Source of the DNA: Ophelia neglecta
Lineage: Eukaryota
Direction of reading: 5' to 3'
Length of the DNA stretch: 64,000 bases
NCBI GenBank assembly: GCA_965285935.1
Contig: OZ260662.1
Location: forward strand, 17,918,001-17,982,000
In this document: in pieces, positions 11,489-25,245 of the stretch
How the letters are laid out: the number at the start of each line of letters is the position of its first letter
How positions within the stretch are numbered: position 1 is the stretch's first letter
Notes under the pieces: model-generated
Database searches by the model: none
Seen by the model: the letters and a program-made list of their open reading frames with translations, nothing else
What the model was told of the DNA's origin: nothing
Position numbers and translations under genes: made by a program

Positions 11489-13351
11489 CCGATTTCTAGC
11501 CTGCTTTCAAGGATTGAAGGAAAAACTAGCATGAATCCTTGCTTTGAGGGGTTCCCACGCAATTTGTTAAGGAGGACAAGGCTATTGATCAGGCAGTTGT
11601 TCCCTTAGGAATTCACTAACAGAAGAAAATTTGCCATGGCTGTACTTCGACGCCAGTCTAGCAAAAACATTAACTGAATGATCACTCGTGCATCCTCAAG
11701 AGAATTCTAAACCGGATTGTGCAGAATGCATACCAGACTAAATGTGTATGCCGCCTTACTGAGCGCTCTAAGGCAAAAAAAAACTGGCTTCCTTAAATAA
11801 GTAAGTTCGAATCACTGTCGTTTTTGCTTTGCAAGCTTAGTTTTTCTTTTCTTAATAAGATAAATGTTTTTTTACTAGTATTTTCACATCATAGGAAAGA
11901 AAACCCCCGAATTGAAAAGCCAAAGTACTCGTATGATCAGCAGTCTAATACTTTTACCTGCCATTCGAACTGGATCACACTGATGTTGAGTGGCACTATT
12001 AAAGCATGACTTGTTAATTTAGCGTAATTCGATTTTATTCGATTGCACATTTCGTTGTTTATTATTGTGATTAATTAATTGGCTTTGTCTGCCGGGTATC
12101 CACTACCGTATTTGATAGATAAGAGTAATCGTGTTTAAACTTGTTGTGCATTAGTAACCAACAAGACCCTAAATGTTAAAGCTTTGTTAAACAATGGTCC
12201 TGCTGTTTTAAGCCATGGTATAATTTTATAAACATTTATTTTTTACACGGCGATGTTGCTTTAACCACAGTTAATCACATCAGCCGCATACATGTACCTT
12301 CAGAGGGACCTGAACTACATTTAAACCTCAACATTGTGAACAAAAAAACATAGAAGGTGAAAATAATTAATAAATCGACATACGGGGAATCCCACCAGTC
12401 TTAATTAGAGTAAACATACGATCGTTGACTCGCTGTTGGACTGTTCTTGGGTAGGTTCTAGTTGCCATTGTTTTAACACCTGCGCAGTGGTTCCGTGTGG
12501 TAAATTTTGCTCATCCAAGCGCTAGGCGCCATGTGCATCTGCTTCAGAGTGATATAAAATCGACTGTTGCCGATGATTAAAGATGTTTCCAGCTAAAATC
12601 CAATTACTTACAATGCCATTTTTGATATTATAATTAAAAATGACATTTCAGCTTTAACTTAACCAAATGACATTACATAGCATATATCCGTGGAAGTTTA
12701 GCCTGCTTGATAAATTTAATATAAGACATGCTTGTAAGACGATACTTGTCATCTTGCATATATAGAAACTGGTGTTCTGGTAAAAAATACTGCTAGCTCT
12801 AGTACATGTTATAGCGATGACATCGGTGATTCCAGGAGCGCGAACAAATAATTATCCCCTGGGAGCCGAATACTAGTGTCGTGTGATTATCAACACCTGC
12901 TATACTTCACGTTTATGGCCACTCTCTCGTCAAGCAAAACACTAATTTGCTATAGAGAGTCAAATTAGTAAATAATTCAGATACCTGACAAAATGTTTAG
13001 CATATAATATCCTGATCATTATTTCTTGAATGCAGCGTCGACAAGTTTTTGTGTGCGATTTGTTTTATTTTGATAATATATCATCGTCGAGTCGGTAGGT
13101 TTAAAAACATCACACTTCATGCGGCATTAATAATTCAACGGCTATAAGTCATTCAAACTTCGCCAGTAAAGCAACCATATAGTATGGAAAGGAGGTACAA
13201 ATGGATAGAGATTTATATTACTGTTTTATAAATTTAACGATAAGCGTGCTTATCAAAAAATGTTTATCAATTTTGTTTATTAAGGATTAATTATTAAAGT
13301 AATCACAGTATATCAAATAAGCATTAAGGGACCCCGGAGATCAGTTCCGTC

Positions 13352-13783
13352 GTGTTCGCTAGAGGGCGCGTCATGTATCATGCCGACCCACCTAATACTA
13401 CTGGTAGGGTTAAAATTAAAAATGGTGGAAAGCGGACAGCGAATGTAATAAGTAAACATACTTACATATCGAGGTGGACAGTGACCGATTGCCGGGAATA
13501 TTTGAAAGAACGGGATTATAACAATTCAGAATTGCGAAAAGCAGGACTTACGAAACCAACAGCCACGGTGAAGGCGCCAGATGCGCCGGTGTTCAAGGCA
13601 GATGATCACCTGCGTCTTGAAACTGAATTCCATACATGTGAAGATGATCGTAGAGATTTCAAAACGATCACCACGAACGCCACTACAAGTCTTAATATTC
13701 ATAGTTCTACTCCAGTAAAATTTACAAAAAATAGTATACGGCGATTGTCAGCTTACACTTCCATAACACATGTGTTGTTGTAA
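13352..13783 (+). pseudogene. Degenerate ORF with a SAP-like motif, probable transposon remnant
   Basis: WTVTDCREYLKERDYNNSELRKAGL resembles the SAP pattern (WTVxeLkxxLxxRG..SG.KaeL); the rest of the ORF is not recognisable. Confidence 0.35.
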
Positions 13784-14199
13784 ACAGCTGATTTTCTTAT
13801 CCCTACTTTTGGTTGGCGGTCAAATAGGCTATGTTGCCTAGTAGTTAAATTATCTCCGGGGAAACATATTTAGCTTGTTCCAATGACATTGGCCTCTACT
13901 GGATTGATGGCAGACCCACGTGACAACTAGTGGGGACACGACGTATTACGTCCTGGGCATGTTAAGTGCTAACTTCTCATGAAGAGCATTTAATAAGAGG
14001 GGTCGACACGACGACTTTGGTCAACGAGGCACATTTGCGTTGCTGTGAATATTATCGATACATGGAGTTCGGAAGCTAAATAGAAATCTACGCTGCTAAA
14101 GAAGAATGACTTTATAATATCCATTACGGAGCCACCTTAACAAAGGTCTGAACAAGGAAGACTGTAGATGACTTTCAAAGACGCCGAATATAAACGTTA

Positions 14200-17100
14200 T
14201 AGTGCGGTATGATGTGTCCAAATGGTGGGTCCCGTAGGAATTTTGTGCCAAAATTGATTTTTTTGTGGATTTGGTACTATTGTGAACCATATTAACTGAA
14301 AATTTTAGGGTCCAAATTTATCGAGCCGTGGAACCCTCTTTTTCAAAATGGCCGCCACCAATCAGGCTTTGAGTCATATCTCAGTAACTAATTGGAGGAT
14401 TTTAATGATTTTTGTGTCTAGATAGGGGTTTTTGAGGATGTTGAGTCTGATTATGAGGGTTCTGGACCTCTTAGAGGTAAAGTTCTTTAATTTGGATCAA
14501 AGGTTTGTGTAGGAGAGTGGGGCATAAGCATACAGCTAATATAACGCGGTGTTGTGGTGTACCAGTAACTCCACGAATTCATTGTAAAATGTTTAGGTAT
14601 CTATTATACATTATCAGCATCATGAACAATCAGTTTCTAAGACATTTCACACGCAAGGGCAAAATAAGTCTCAAACCTGAAAGTAACGTTTGCATCACTG
14701 AGGTAATAATGACGTCACTAGGTTTTGTCGTCATTTGGCATCCTTGTTTGGGTGAGCGTAACTACCTTGGCCTAAGTGACAGTGACGTCATTCTCGCCTC
14801 CGTACCACAAGAGTTACTTTACGGTTTGAGACTGTATTGCCCGTGCGAGTTATGCATATTCAAGGATGTTGGGGTTTAGAGAGGTGCCACTTAAGATGTT
14901 GTTGTGATGGTCCTGGCTTAATAAAGGTATGGAGTTCATTGATAGTCCCACCACAGAAACTTTTTGCTGGCCTTCACGGGTCTTCAATAAGGTTTTTTAG
15001 GCCCATATTATATTAAAATGGGGAGACATTGCAAAACATAGATTCACAACTAAGCCTAATTGGTTGAGTTATCACCATTGGAGCCAAATTTGGGGGAAAA
15101 CTCAGTAACTGCCTTACTGTTGTACAATTCCAAATGCATATAGTAACTATACAACCTCTTTGGATTAACCATTGTGTATGAACATTATAATCTAATCTAG
15201 TTTGTTACTATAGGTATTTGTAATTGTTCAACAGTAAAGACAATTATTGAGCTGAATTTATGTTAATACATTTCTAACGTTTCAGATCTTTGAGCAGTCT
15301 AACTCAACGCTGAGTGTGGTACAGTACAGTACCACACAATGTCTCAAGATATTTTGAATAGCTGTATTGTTTGCCTGGAAGGCGAATCATCGCTGAAACA
15401 TCTGGTTAGGAAACCCGATGTCAACAAAATTACTGATTTATTGGCATGTTGCAGAGAGCGTGTCTCACTAGGAGAGAATGAACTGAAGCCACTAGTGGGT
15501 CGTTTGTGTAGTTTAGATGAATTTCAGCTTCAGAATGTTCATTATCATAGTGAGTGTCGCAAGCCTATCGTGAATAAAGACCATTTAGAAAGAGCTAGAA
15601 AGAGGAAGCTTGATCATGCAGAATGTTTCTCTCCTCCGAATTTTGCTCCAAAAAAAGGGCCTGGCCGTCCTGGAAAATCCCAAGAAGGGACCCGTCCTAG
15701 GCGCTCGCAAGTTGTTCCAAAAGAGGTGAAATGTATATTTTCACCCTGTAAGTTTTGTGGTCCATCTGATTCACAGCAGCTCCATCGTGTCTTGAGTGAT
15801 TCTATGGGTCAAACTCTGCTTGATATTAAGAACAACACTGAAGACGATACCATTCGGGTATGTGTCTCTGGCTTGGAACAGGCAGGCGATGCTGCTGCCC
15901 AGGAAAAATATTATCACAGGGACTGCTTACGGCATGCTCAACGGACATTCTCAGACAGGATTGGTAAGGATGAGATGACTCGGGAGATTTGTGATGAATT
16001 GCTTCTCTTATCTGTCAAAACCTCATTCTCTGTTGGTAGTGTACTCAGTATGAACGAGATCAATGATGAGTATCTGTCAATTCTTGAAGAGTATCACATA
16101 GAACCGCTTTATTGTGGCAACCATAAAAAGTACCTAAAAGAGTTGATTCAAGAGTACTTTCCTCAGGTGGAGTTTGTCAAATCTGTTCGTAAAAAGGAAA
16201 TTGACAGAGTGATCTTATCAAAAACTGTCAACCGGGCAGTTGAACATGCTACAGCACAGAATACTTCAGTCAATGCTTTGGCTTGCTTGGCAAATGCACT
16301 GAGAGATGAGATTTTGAGTAATCGAGATTGGAAATTCAGTGGTGACTTGAATAATTTCCATAATCCCCCTATGTTGCAATTCTTTCTCAACCAACTCTTA
16401 TTTGGACCTCATGTTAAAAGGGTTACTGGTAGACGAGATATTGAAGTGCAAAAAACTGTTGATGTTGCATCTCAAGTCCTGATGCAAAACACACGCAGTG
16501 ACAGGCAGGTCAAATATTAACCCAAATATGATGGAGGATTCAGGCGTGATGGAGTTGAAACACCACTGTCAATTGGACTCCCCCTCTCTGTTCATTCCCG
16601 GGTGCGTGACAAAAGTCTTATGACAAATCTAACAACTCTGTACATTGGAAGTGACTACCAGCACATACTCAACATTGAAAAGCGGATTGAACATGCTGTG
16701 CTGACGAGGATGCAACATGCTGGAGGATTTAGTCTCCCTGACTTTGTGAAGAAGGGTGTAAATGTTTGGTTTGCTCTAGACAACATTGATCTTCTTGAAG
16801 ATACTCCTTATGGACAGAATACCTTCCATGGAACACTTGTTGTCCTTAATCAGAGGGAGGCTAAGAATGCTGAACCAATCAATACCCCTCTAGTAATCCC
16901 AGACTCAGTCCCATCTGAGCCTCTCCAAGTTAAGATCAATTATCTTGAAGAACCAGTGATACAGCTAAGACCAATCCATTTTGATGAGTACACATTTGGC
17001 CAAAGAGACCATCTGTTACCCAAATACAAGCACTATACGCACACATGGGCACTCACCAACTTCCTTGCTAATAAAACACTTCAACCACAGGTTTTTGTTT

Positions 17101-20100
17101 TACCAGATGCAATTGGAGAAGCATCAACCCTTCAGGAAACTCCTGAAGATCATATGGAGGACCTAGGCCCTGATGACGTGCAAAGCCAAGGTGAAGTGAC
17201 TCCATCCCCTGCTGACTCAGTTGAATCATCTGCTTCCTGCCAGGATACCACAACTACCTTACGTCCAATCCTTCAAGTGAGGAATAGAATTGGCAAAAAA
17301 GAAAAACTTGAGAAACAAGATGTAATGCCAACATGGGCAGCAACAAAGTCTCTTCTGTTATCTACACAAGGACATGTTGAGGTCTCTAGGGTAAACTCTG
17401 AGGTTATTGCACCTCTTTTCAAAACTTCTCCCACTGACTTTGCCACACTATACACAGTTTTGAGCCTCACACAAAACATATCTGCCATCATTGTGGGACC
17501 TGAGAAACGCACACTTATAACACTTGACCTTGATCTGTACAGTCGTGCAATCAAGATTCAAGAGTCTGTTCAAAACAAGAACTGGGTCCTGAGAGCTGGT
17601 ATCTTACATATTGCGTTTGCTTCACTGCATGCCCTGGGAAAGACCGTTGAAGGCAGCGGTGCTGATACATGTGCCATTGAAAGTGGTATCTACTCCTCTG
17701 CAGCACTCAGAGGAATTTAAAGTGGCAAAGCATTCAAGAGGGGCATGGAGTACCACATCATTAATGCCCTGGCCATCATGATGATGAAGTTTGATGCTAT
17801 TATTGGAGAAGAGCAATCTGGACCTCTGCAAGTGCAATGTGTAGAGTTTAAGCAGGCCCTACATGAGCGAGATCCTAAAATGGTTGCTATCTTCAATGAT
17901 ATTCAGTCACACTACAAAGCTCAAATCCATGAGAGACGGACTGAGTTAGATGTTGGTGAGCTGGGAAGATTTCTTGACCAATACCTTGAACAAATTGAGA
18001 GCTTGTTACTGCTGATAGGTGCATGTAGGCAAGGAGATTGGGAGGGGTACCTTGCAGCACTAGATAATCAAATAAAATACTTTTTCACACATGACCTTCT
18101 CAACTATGCAAGATTGATGCCATTCCATGTGGATCAAATGAATGCACTGGAGAAAGATGATCCACTGACATGGGAAGCCCTCAAGTCTGGAGAATTTGTT
18201 GTGAACAAATCTAATATTCCATTCACAAGCTTGTTCACTGACCAGACCTTAGAGCAAGAGATTAAGGGCTTGAAAAAACATGGAGGGATTGTTGGACTCT
18301 CTCAAGATGAAGGTTCTTTGGATCGGTTGCTTAACACCACACCTCACTTGGCTCGGATCATCAAGCAATTCTTGCTCAGCTTTCCTCTCCCCTCTGGGAG
18401 CTCTACCAAATCAGATGATCACTATCAGCTTTCTGGAAATATTGCCCTGCGATCTGCTCAGAATGCTCTTAAACTCAGAGACTCTTTACATCTCCATTGT
18501 AAGGGGAACCCCTATGTCACTGGAACACCTTTAAAGAGCATTGTCTCCTCGGCACTCATCCCAACCAAAGCTTAACAAGACATCCTCAGCTTTGCAAAGC
18601 AGGGACAAGAGCGGTATCAGGACTTTGTCATAGATCGTCTTCTCAAACACTCCAAATTGTCCATCTGGGACAATATGAAAAAACTGAAACTGAAGACCTT
18701 CTTCAATTGGATGGTGAAGTCCCGGGTGACAGTTGGTGACAAGGTTATCAAATTGAGGGAGGAGCGCCAGCTGCTTGCACGATTTCTGGTGATTCAGCAA
18801 TCCCGGCCGGAGTTAGTGCCCAAACTGGAAACTACGATTGGCATGTATGAGCTGGCTGTGGTGCCACGCTCTATGTTTGCAATCGATGGCTCTTTGCTCC
18901 TCTGCACAGACAAGGCACACCTCATGCATGTTATTGAAGAAGCTGTTCGCTCTTCCCCTACCACTGACCGGACCTCTGAATTACAAGTTCCAACTACCTG
19001 TGTACAGATAATTGATGCCATGGCTGTGTTGCAGTGCATGAAAAAATCACCTGGCATGACAAAGATATATCATCTCAAGGAAGCTTTCATCACACGTATA
19101 AGCAGAATGTCAAATGGCTATGCTGAGGTGAGGATAATTTTTGACCGCTATATCGAAGGGAGCCTGAAAGCAAAGACAAGGGCAAAAAGAGCAATTTCTG
19201 TTGCAGCTGCTAGTGCCAGCTATGAAATTCATGATGAAATGAGCATAAGCACCATTTCACTGAAGGAGCTTCTGTCATCCTCTAACACAAAGAAGGGACT
19301 TTGTGAACTCTTGGCTCAAGCTTTGTTGGAACACTTTGAAGGTTCCCTGAAGCAGGTCATGGTCATCTACAACACTCTAGTGCAGGTCAATTCCCCTCAT
19401 TCTGTTGAAGAAAACTTCAAAACCCATGGCCATGAGGAGGCTGACACTTTAATTCCTCTCCATGTTATTGACAGTGTCCGTGATAACACATTCAAGGAAA
19501 TCCATGTACGGTCCCCTGATACAGATGTGTTTATTCTTTTAATGGATCTCGCCTCCAATGGACACCTTGGCGCTCTTACTCAACTGAAGTTCTGCACTGG
19601 CACAGGTGCCAAATACAGAGAAATAGATGTGCAAAAATGTGTGCAGGTAATCAGTCAACACAAGTCGCAGGGTCTCGTAGGCTTGCACAACTTAACTGGA
19701 GCAGATTGGGGAGGGAAGTTTGTGGGAATTTCGAAGAAACGCTGGGCTGATGTGTTTCTCTCACTAGGAGATGATAATCCCATCATTGAGAGCTTCCGCA
19801 GCCTTGGAGAAGGATCCTTGTCATCTTTGGAGTTGGTGAATGGAGACCTCCCACAAGAAGAAAAAGCTTTAGAAACTTTTGTCTGTAATGTATACTCACC
19901 AAAGGGTCCTACAACTTTGCCCGCACTCCGTTGGGAGCTCTTCCGATCCAAAAACCTCGAGGCTGAGATGCTCCCTCCCACCCGCACCTCGCTTATGCCC
20001 CATATTGTCCGCACTAACTTTATATGCATGCGAGACTAATCATATATCTCACCAAATCCACGCCTTCCTGCATTGGAAGAGAATGGATGGTTGCTTGAAG

Positions 20101-20851
20101 AAGGAGTTTACATTCCATTGAAATGTCTAGCGGCCCCTGCTCCTTCTGCAGTTCTTCAGCTGGTTAAATGTGGATGCCGAACATTGTGCAAAGGAAATTG
20201 CTCCTGCACCAAAAACAAACTGTCCTGCACCCCCCTGTGCAAATGTTTCTCTGCAGGATGTGACAATTTCTCTGATTACCACATGCAGGACAGTGATGAT
20301 ACGGATGACCATTAGCTATAAGGCTGTATAGTTAGTGTTAGTTTGCGCTCTTTTAGTAAATCATAGAGTGATCTTCTATTTTTGTGTGTTTTCCCATTTC
20401 TGTTTACACTATATATATATTTAGTGCTTGCATTAGTATGAAGTATTGAAAATTGTAGTCCTTGTATAGTACTTTGGTTGGAGTAAATTTTTGACTTAAC
20501 TGAAAAGTGGTTATATATTGAGTTTCTTTTGCAGCTGTGACCTTGATTTTGGTAAAATTACCCTGTCCCCTTCCTCATAGCAATATGGAAACTTCACAAT
20601 CAGACTCAGCATCCTCAAAAACCCCTATCTAGACACAAAAATCATTAAAATCCTCAAATTAGTTACTGAGATATGACTCAAAGCCTGATTGGTGGCGGCC
20701 ATTTTGAAAAATGGCCGAAAAAGAGGGTTCCACGGCTCGATAAATTTGGACCCTAAACTTTTCATTTAATATGGTTCACAATAGTACCAAATCCACAAAA
20801 AAATCAATTTTGGCACAAAATTCCTACGGAATTACACATAAGCCTGCACTA
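14200..20851 (+). mobile_element. Academ-superfamily (XPG-type) DNA transposon, full length, 6652 bp
   Basis: Termini TAGTGC..GCACTA; 3-bp TSD TTA (14197-14199 and 20852-20854); long, near-identical inverted repeats ~14232-14452 vs ~20600-20829; internal transposase-XPG-Cys8 reading frame. Confidence 0.88.
15339..20315 (+). pseudogene. Academ transposase/XPG-like nuclease/Cys8 finger protein, 1659 codons, 4 premature stops
   Basis: Five track ORFs (15339, 16602, 17745, 18657, 20073) lie in one frame, separated only by single TAA codons. Motifs: DNIDLLEDT, TLDLDLY, GILH, DQTLEQ; FEN1/XPG-like IIDAMA, IFDRY, HEEADT, SPDTDV, TGADW; C-terminal CGCRTLCKGNCSCTKNKLSCTPLCKC. Confidence 0.85.
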
Positions 20852-20854
20852 TTA

Positions 20855-20885
20855 TGACAGCGGTGGGATTCGAACCCACGCCTCG
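20855..20885 (-). pseudogene. tRNA-Leu 3' fragment (T arm plus acceptor strand)
   Basis: Plus strand TGACAGCGGTGGGATTCGAACCCACGCCTC, followed by the conserved tRNA 5'-flank block at ~20916. Confidence 0.8.
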
Positions 20886-21591
20886 GAATGGATTGACAAT
20901 ACAAGCTATACTTGTGATAAGGCTGCTGTTATGGATATCCAATACATTGGACAACAACATTTACGTCACATCGAAAAATTAACTTCTCATAATACAGTAG
21001 GGGACATTTACTGCAATTCACTGAAGGTAGGCGCAATATGACTCTTTCAACTCAAAGTTTCAAATCAAAATTTCGATTTGTATGATAATTAATATAAAAT
21101 GCCCATCTGATATATTTCATATGCATTTTAGTATATCCTTTGAAATGTTGAAGAAAAAATTCAGGTTGAAATCCTTTAATTCCTAACAATGGATTACACT
21201 GGCAAAATAGAAGAATATAATCAAAATTTTGTGGTTACACTGTTGAGAAGTATCCTGTAATAAACATGAAGAAGAATACATACCTAATACTAATAAGGTT
21301 AAGCTTGGGTTAATAGTCCTGAAGTATTGACGTAATAACTAAATTAATTTCCAAACAAATGGATTAAGAAAGTTAGGAATAAAGACTTAATGCCATAAAC
21401 TATGCGAAAATGTGTACGAAATATAGGGTCGACATCAGCTTGGTATTATTAATAAACATAAATATAGTAAATGTGGATTGTTAGTTTAGTCAATACATTG
21501 TTAGTGAAATTATTGGTGATGTTTGTAGGAACTGTCAAATTGCAACTTCATTGTTGGAATCGTTTAAACTTTTATATATTTGTATCACTAA

Positions 21592-21650
21592 GGTAGCATG
21601 GCCTATCGATATTAGACGCTGGTTTTAGGCACAAGTCTCTTCGGAGACGT
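21592..21650 (+). pseudogene. tRNA-Leu(TAG) pseudogene, 3' truncated
   Basis: GGTAGCATGGCC..CGCTGGTTTTAGGCACAAGTCTCTTCGGAGACGT. Confidence 0.8.
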
Positions 21651-24629
21651 TTATGGTATCAGTCAGAGTCACCTAAATATTCAAATATGTATATTCTTCT
21701 CCCCTGTACAACACAGCATGCCCAATAAATCACTCTCCCATATAAGGAATGTGTTTGCAAAGTGACTGATATATTTAAAAAAAAGTGTAAAGTGACAATA
21801 TTGCAGCTTAGGTAATATATTCAAGGCTACAATTCAGTCCTTGTTGCATGCGCTGTCAGATGTACAACGATATTACATGTATCATTTGGCCATGCTATTT
21901 CCTGCCTGGAAATAATACTGACATAGGACAAATGCCTCTGCTCTCGCGCTAATGTTTTAGGTGCACACTGAAATTGTTCAACCATGGTTGCAGCAAGTGA
22001 TATGACAATCATGCCGTATTTGCTAACCAATCATCTGATGAATAACCAGTATTGCAATTAACCTTTTCGTATGCAATGAATGACCTTTTTGATTCAGCTG
22101 ATGTTTTGATACTACAATAAAAGACAATTGTCCTAGGAATATGTATACAAAGTGTCTGGTGTAAAGAGAATATTAATATCATTTAGGCATATTTCTATCG
22201 AAAAGCAGTGGATACCAGAAAGTCAAGCAATGTCATTTTTTCCAGTGTATTATTAAATCGATTCGAAATCATCCAGAATCGTCAGCTGCCATGCCTGGCA
22301 CGATGTACACTGTCCACTCGGGGGAAATTGGTAACTATTAGCATATGAAAAAGGCGACACGAATAATAGTAAAAGTATTATTAAATCAAGAATCGCCACC
22401 TGCAGGCCCACAAACAACCATCGGCACCCTAGCAGCAATTAGGATGAACATAAATTGAGCATACCAAAAGAATATTTTATATCACCGTGCAAGGAGAAGT
22501 ATTCAATAGTTTTGTAAGATGTTCAAGTTAATGATTTCTAGCAAAGTATGACAACACGAAAGTGGATAAGGCACCTGACATTGTCCATAAGATTCTTGCT
22601 TGTCCAATCCGTTTGATATGTTATATATATTTTATAAAATGCATACTCGCATCATTATAAATCTACTTACGTTGATGTCAAGTACTTCATATTTGTAACG
22701 AAAATCATCACCGATTACGATACGCAATGGATAATAGTTGCCAGCAAAGTTCACCATACAATTTTGGTGGTGCATCGGAGTAATATTGCGCCAGATTATA
22801 TGCGCTTTGAATGTATCGAACTTCATTTTCCGACTATCTTCAATTTACAGCTTTTACGGTACCATTTACCTTGTTATACTTCATATTGTAATGTCTCTCC
22901 GATACGTATCATTTTACATAATAGTACTAGTACACAATACTACCTATCAGTAAGTATTCACGATTCAGATTATGTTCACAAATATCAAAAGAGTTTATCA
23001 GAGCCGTAAATCATATTACTGCTATTATGTTTTATTCTGGAAGTGAATATTGTTTTTCACGTCGTTTCATTGCCATCGGTTGTTTTCGATAAACCAAATC
23101 TATATCTATCGCGCAACGCTCAGGGAATAATGGTTCTAATACATAGAAAAATGATGCTAACATTCAAATCCAGGCAATCATCTTTTGATCCAATGAGTTT
23201 ATCGTTTACATTAATGGAACTGGTTTATTTTATACTCATTTCTTAATATCGATGGTATGTACCCATATTCGATATACCTTATGGTAAAGAGTGATAATAT
23301 CTGCCGTTATGTTTTTAACGACTAGGCCTTAGGTCAGTCAGATCTCCGAATTTAGTATCCAATATTATCTTAATTCTAAAGGTAGGTTTAACTTTATTGA
23401 TCACTATTTCAATGGTACGAGTGATATCCAATATTAATTTTGATGCATATCACTCGCCATATACTGTCCGCACTGACCGGAAAAGCGGTACAAGCAATAT
23501 GGTCATATTGCTTTATTTGTTGACCGTCGAGTAAAGTTCCTGCTATGAAGATTTTCATTCCGGTTAAGCATTGAATCGCCCAACAAATTTTCGGACCACC
23601 AAATGAATGTTGCCAGGTTCTTGCAATTGTTTCCTTTTTGCAGATTATTAAATTGCGGCTCTGTTGTGGGATGGTATAGTCTGTATGATTTAATGGGCGC
23701 TTCGAAAATGTAGCTGGAGACAATAGGTCTACAACCTTCTGAGAAGGCTTAATTAAAGCACTTTTATAGATGCCATCAATATCCCTGTTGAAATATTAAA
23801 CCAATTACAAATAGCTCCGGCTGAGGCTCACGTAAATATAAAGATATAGCTGAATTTGCAAACGGTTTATTTAATGAGCATTATGTCAATTACATGGTAA
23901 TAGGCATAGCCATTCATGTAATAGAAACCTCTAACGATATTGATTTACATAGTAGTACCCGCCAGTACTAGCAGTTAAAAAATCACTTTAACTCCAGGGC
24001 AGGCAATACTTGCTTGATCAAACACTGGCAGGCTCGCAAGCATATATCCGTTTATATATCAAGAAACAACATAGATGCATCTTCTGAAATTGGGAGTGGA
24101 TTAACGGAAGACAAAGCCAAATCTTTAGTCGAGAATCATAGGTAGCATGGAATTACATCAAAACTGCTATTTTCCGACATGTCATCTGAAAAATGTTGCC
24201 CCTTGAACTGGTAAATATCCAGAACATTGGCCCTTCGAAGGCTTATACTAGCTGGTGCCTTTGAGCCTAAGTTGTTATGCAAAGAGTTTTGCTCTCTTTG
24301 GTCTGCCATAAAGCCATAAAGCCGTCAAGAAAACAAAATAATTGAATTTGCAAAAAGAAAGCGTAGCCTCGCAGCTGAAGGTTCACCTTGTCTACGGACA
24401 TTTCTTGGAATTTTCTTGATTAACGATTCAAACGAGTCTGCCGTTTATCAACTCTTGCTGCTGTACAAAGTTCTGAAAGCGGTTCTCAACACACGTGTTT
24501 TACGAAAACATTTGAATAGGGCATTGTGATACAATGATGTGTTGGAAGGCCAATTCAAATTTGCCATTCATGATCACCTTCTGTTTTGGCCTTTGCCTGG
24601 TTGAAAAAAAAAACCGTATAAAAGTTGAT

Positions 24630-24711
24630 AGGCAGCGGTGGTATTCGAACCCACGCCTCCCTAGTTACTGGTGCCTCAAACCAGCGGCTTACACCACTCG
24701 GCCTCGCTACC
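24630..24711 (-). pseudogene. tRNA-Leu pseudogene with mutated GAG anticodon
   Basis: 82-nt colinear copy; anticodon loop TTGAGGC; variable arm and D region substituted. Confidence 0.8.
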
Positions 24712-25163
24712 CTTAAACATCAGCATTTGATTCTATGTAAACTTTAAACAACTTATTTTTGAGATAAGCCTGCTGTTGTTGACACAACACATTGAACTTT
24801 ACTATTTACAGTACATCGTAAAGCTCGCATTTTACGTCATGGCAGTAAGGACCCGAGCTTACTAGCATTGGTGATATCATAAAACAAATTATGATCTAAA
24901 CGTAGACCACCGCATTGCAATAAAGTATTTGATAATTTTGGTTTGTTGTAAGTCAATGGCGCTATCAAAGTGAGTGATTAATTGCATACGTAAAAGTAAA
25001 GGCAACAAAACAATCGTACAATAATGGTTCTTTTTGTAAACATATTTTACTCTGTTTCCAGACGTTTCAAAGTGCAGGAAGATAGTAGGAAATAATGTCT
25101 GGTTATATGAACATATACAAATATCGTAGTTGTTTATAGTTATATCATTAATGCTACTCCAAG

Positions 25164-25245
25164 GGTAGCGTGGCCGAGCGGTCTAAGGCGCTGGTTTTAG
25201 GCACCAGTCTCTTCGGAGGCGTGGGTTCGAATCCCACCGCTGCCA
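25164..25245 (+). tRNA. trnL-TAG: tRNA-Leu, anticodon TAG, intact
   Basis: GGTAGCGTGGCCGAGCGGTCTAAGGCGCTGGTTTTAGGCACCAGTCTCTTCGGAGGCGTGGGTTCGAATCCCACCGCTGCCA: A and B boxes, long variable arm, full cloverleaf; TTTT terminator at 25250-25253. Confidence 0.97.

Noticed and set aside
16163-20312. Antisense and alternative-frame ORFs inside the Academ element (likewise inside the BEL element)
   Set aside because: Shadow ORFs of long coding sequence with no independent motifs.
14200-20851. CACTA/EnSpm element, or a host tesmin/CXC gene
   Set aside because: The termini are TAGTG..CACTA (the reverse of CACTA elements), and the transposase-XPG-Cys8 protein inside inverted repeats with a TSD fits Academ.
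22250-24500. Short ORFs suggesting a degenerate gene
   Set aside because: No recognisable motif or consistent frame could be established by eye.
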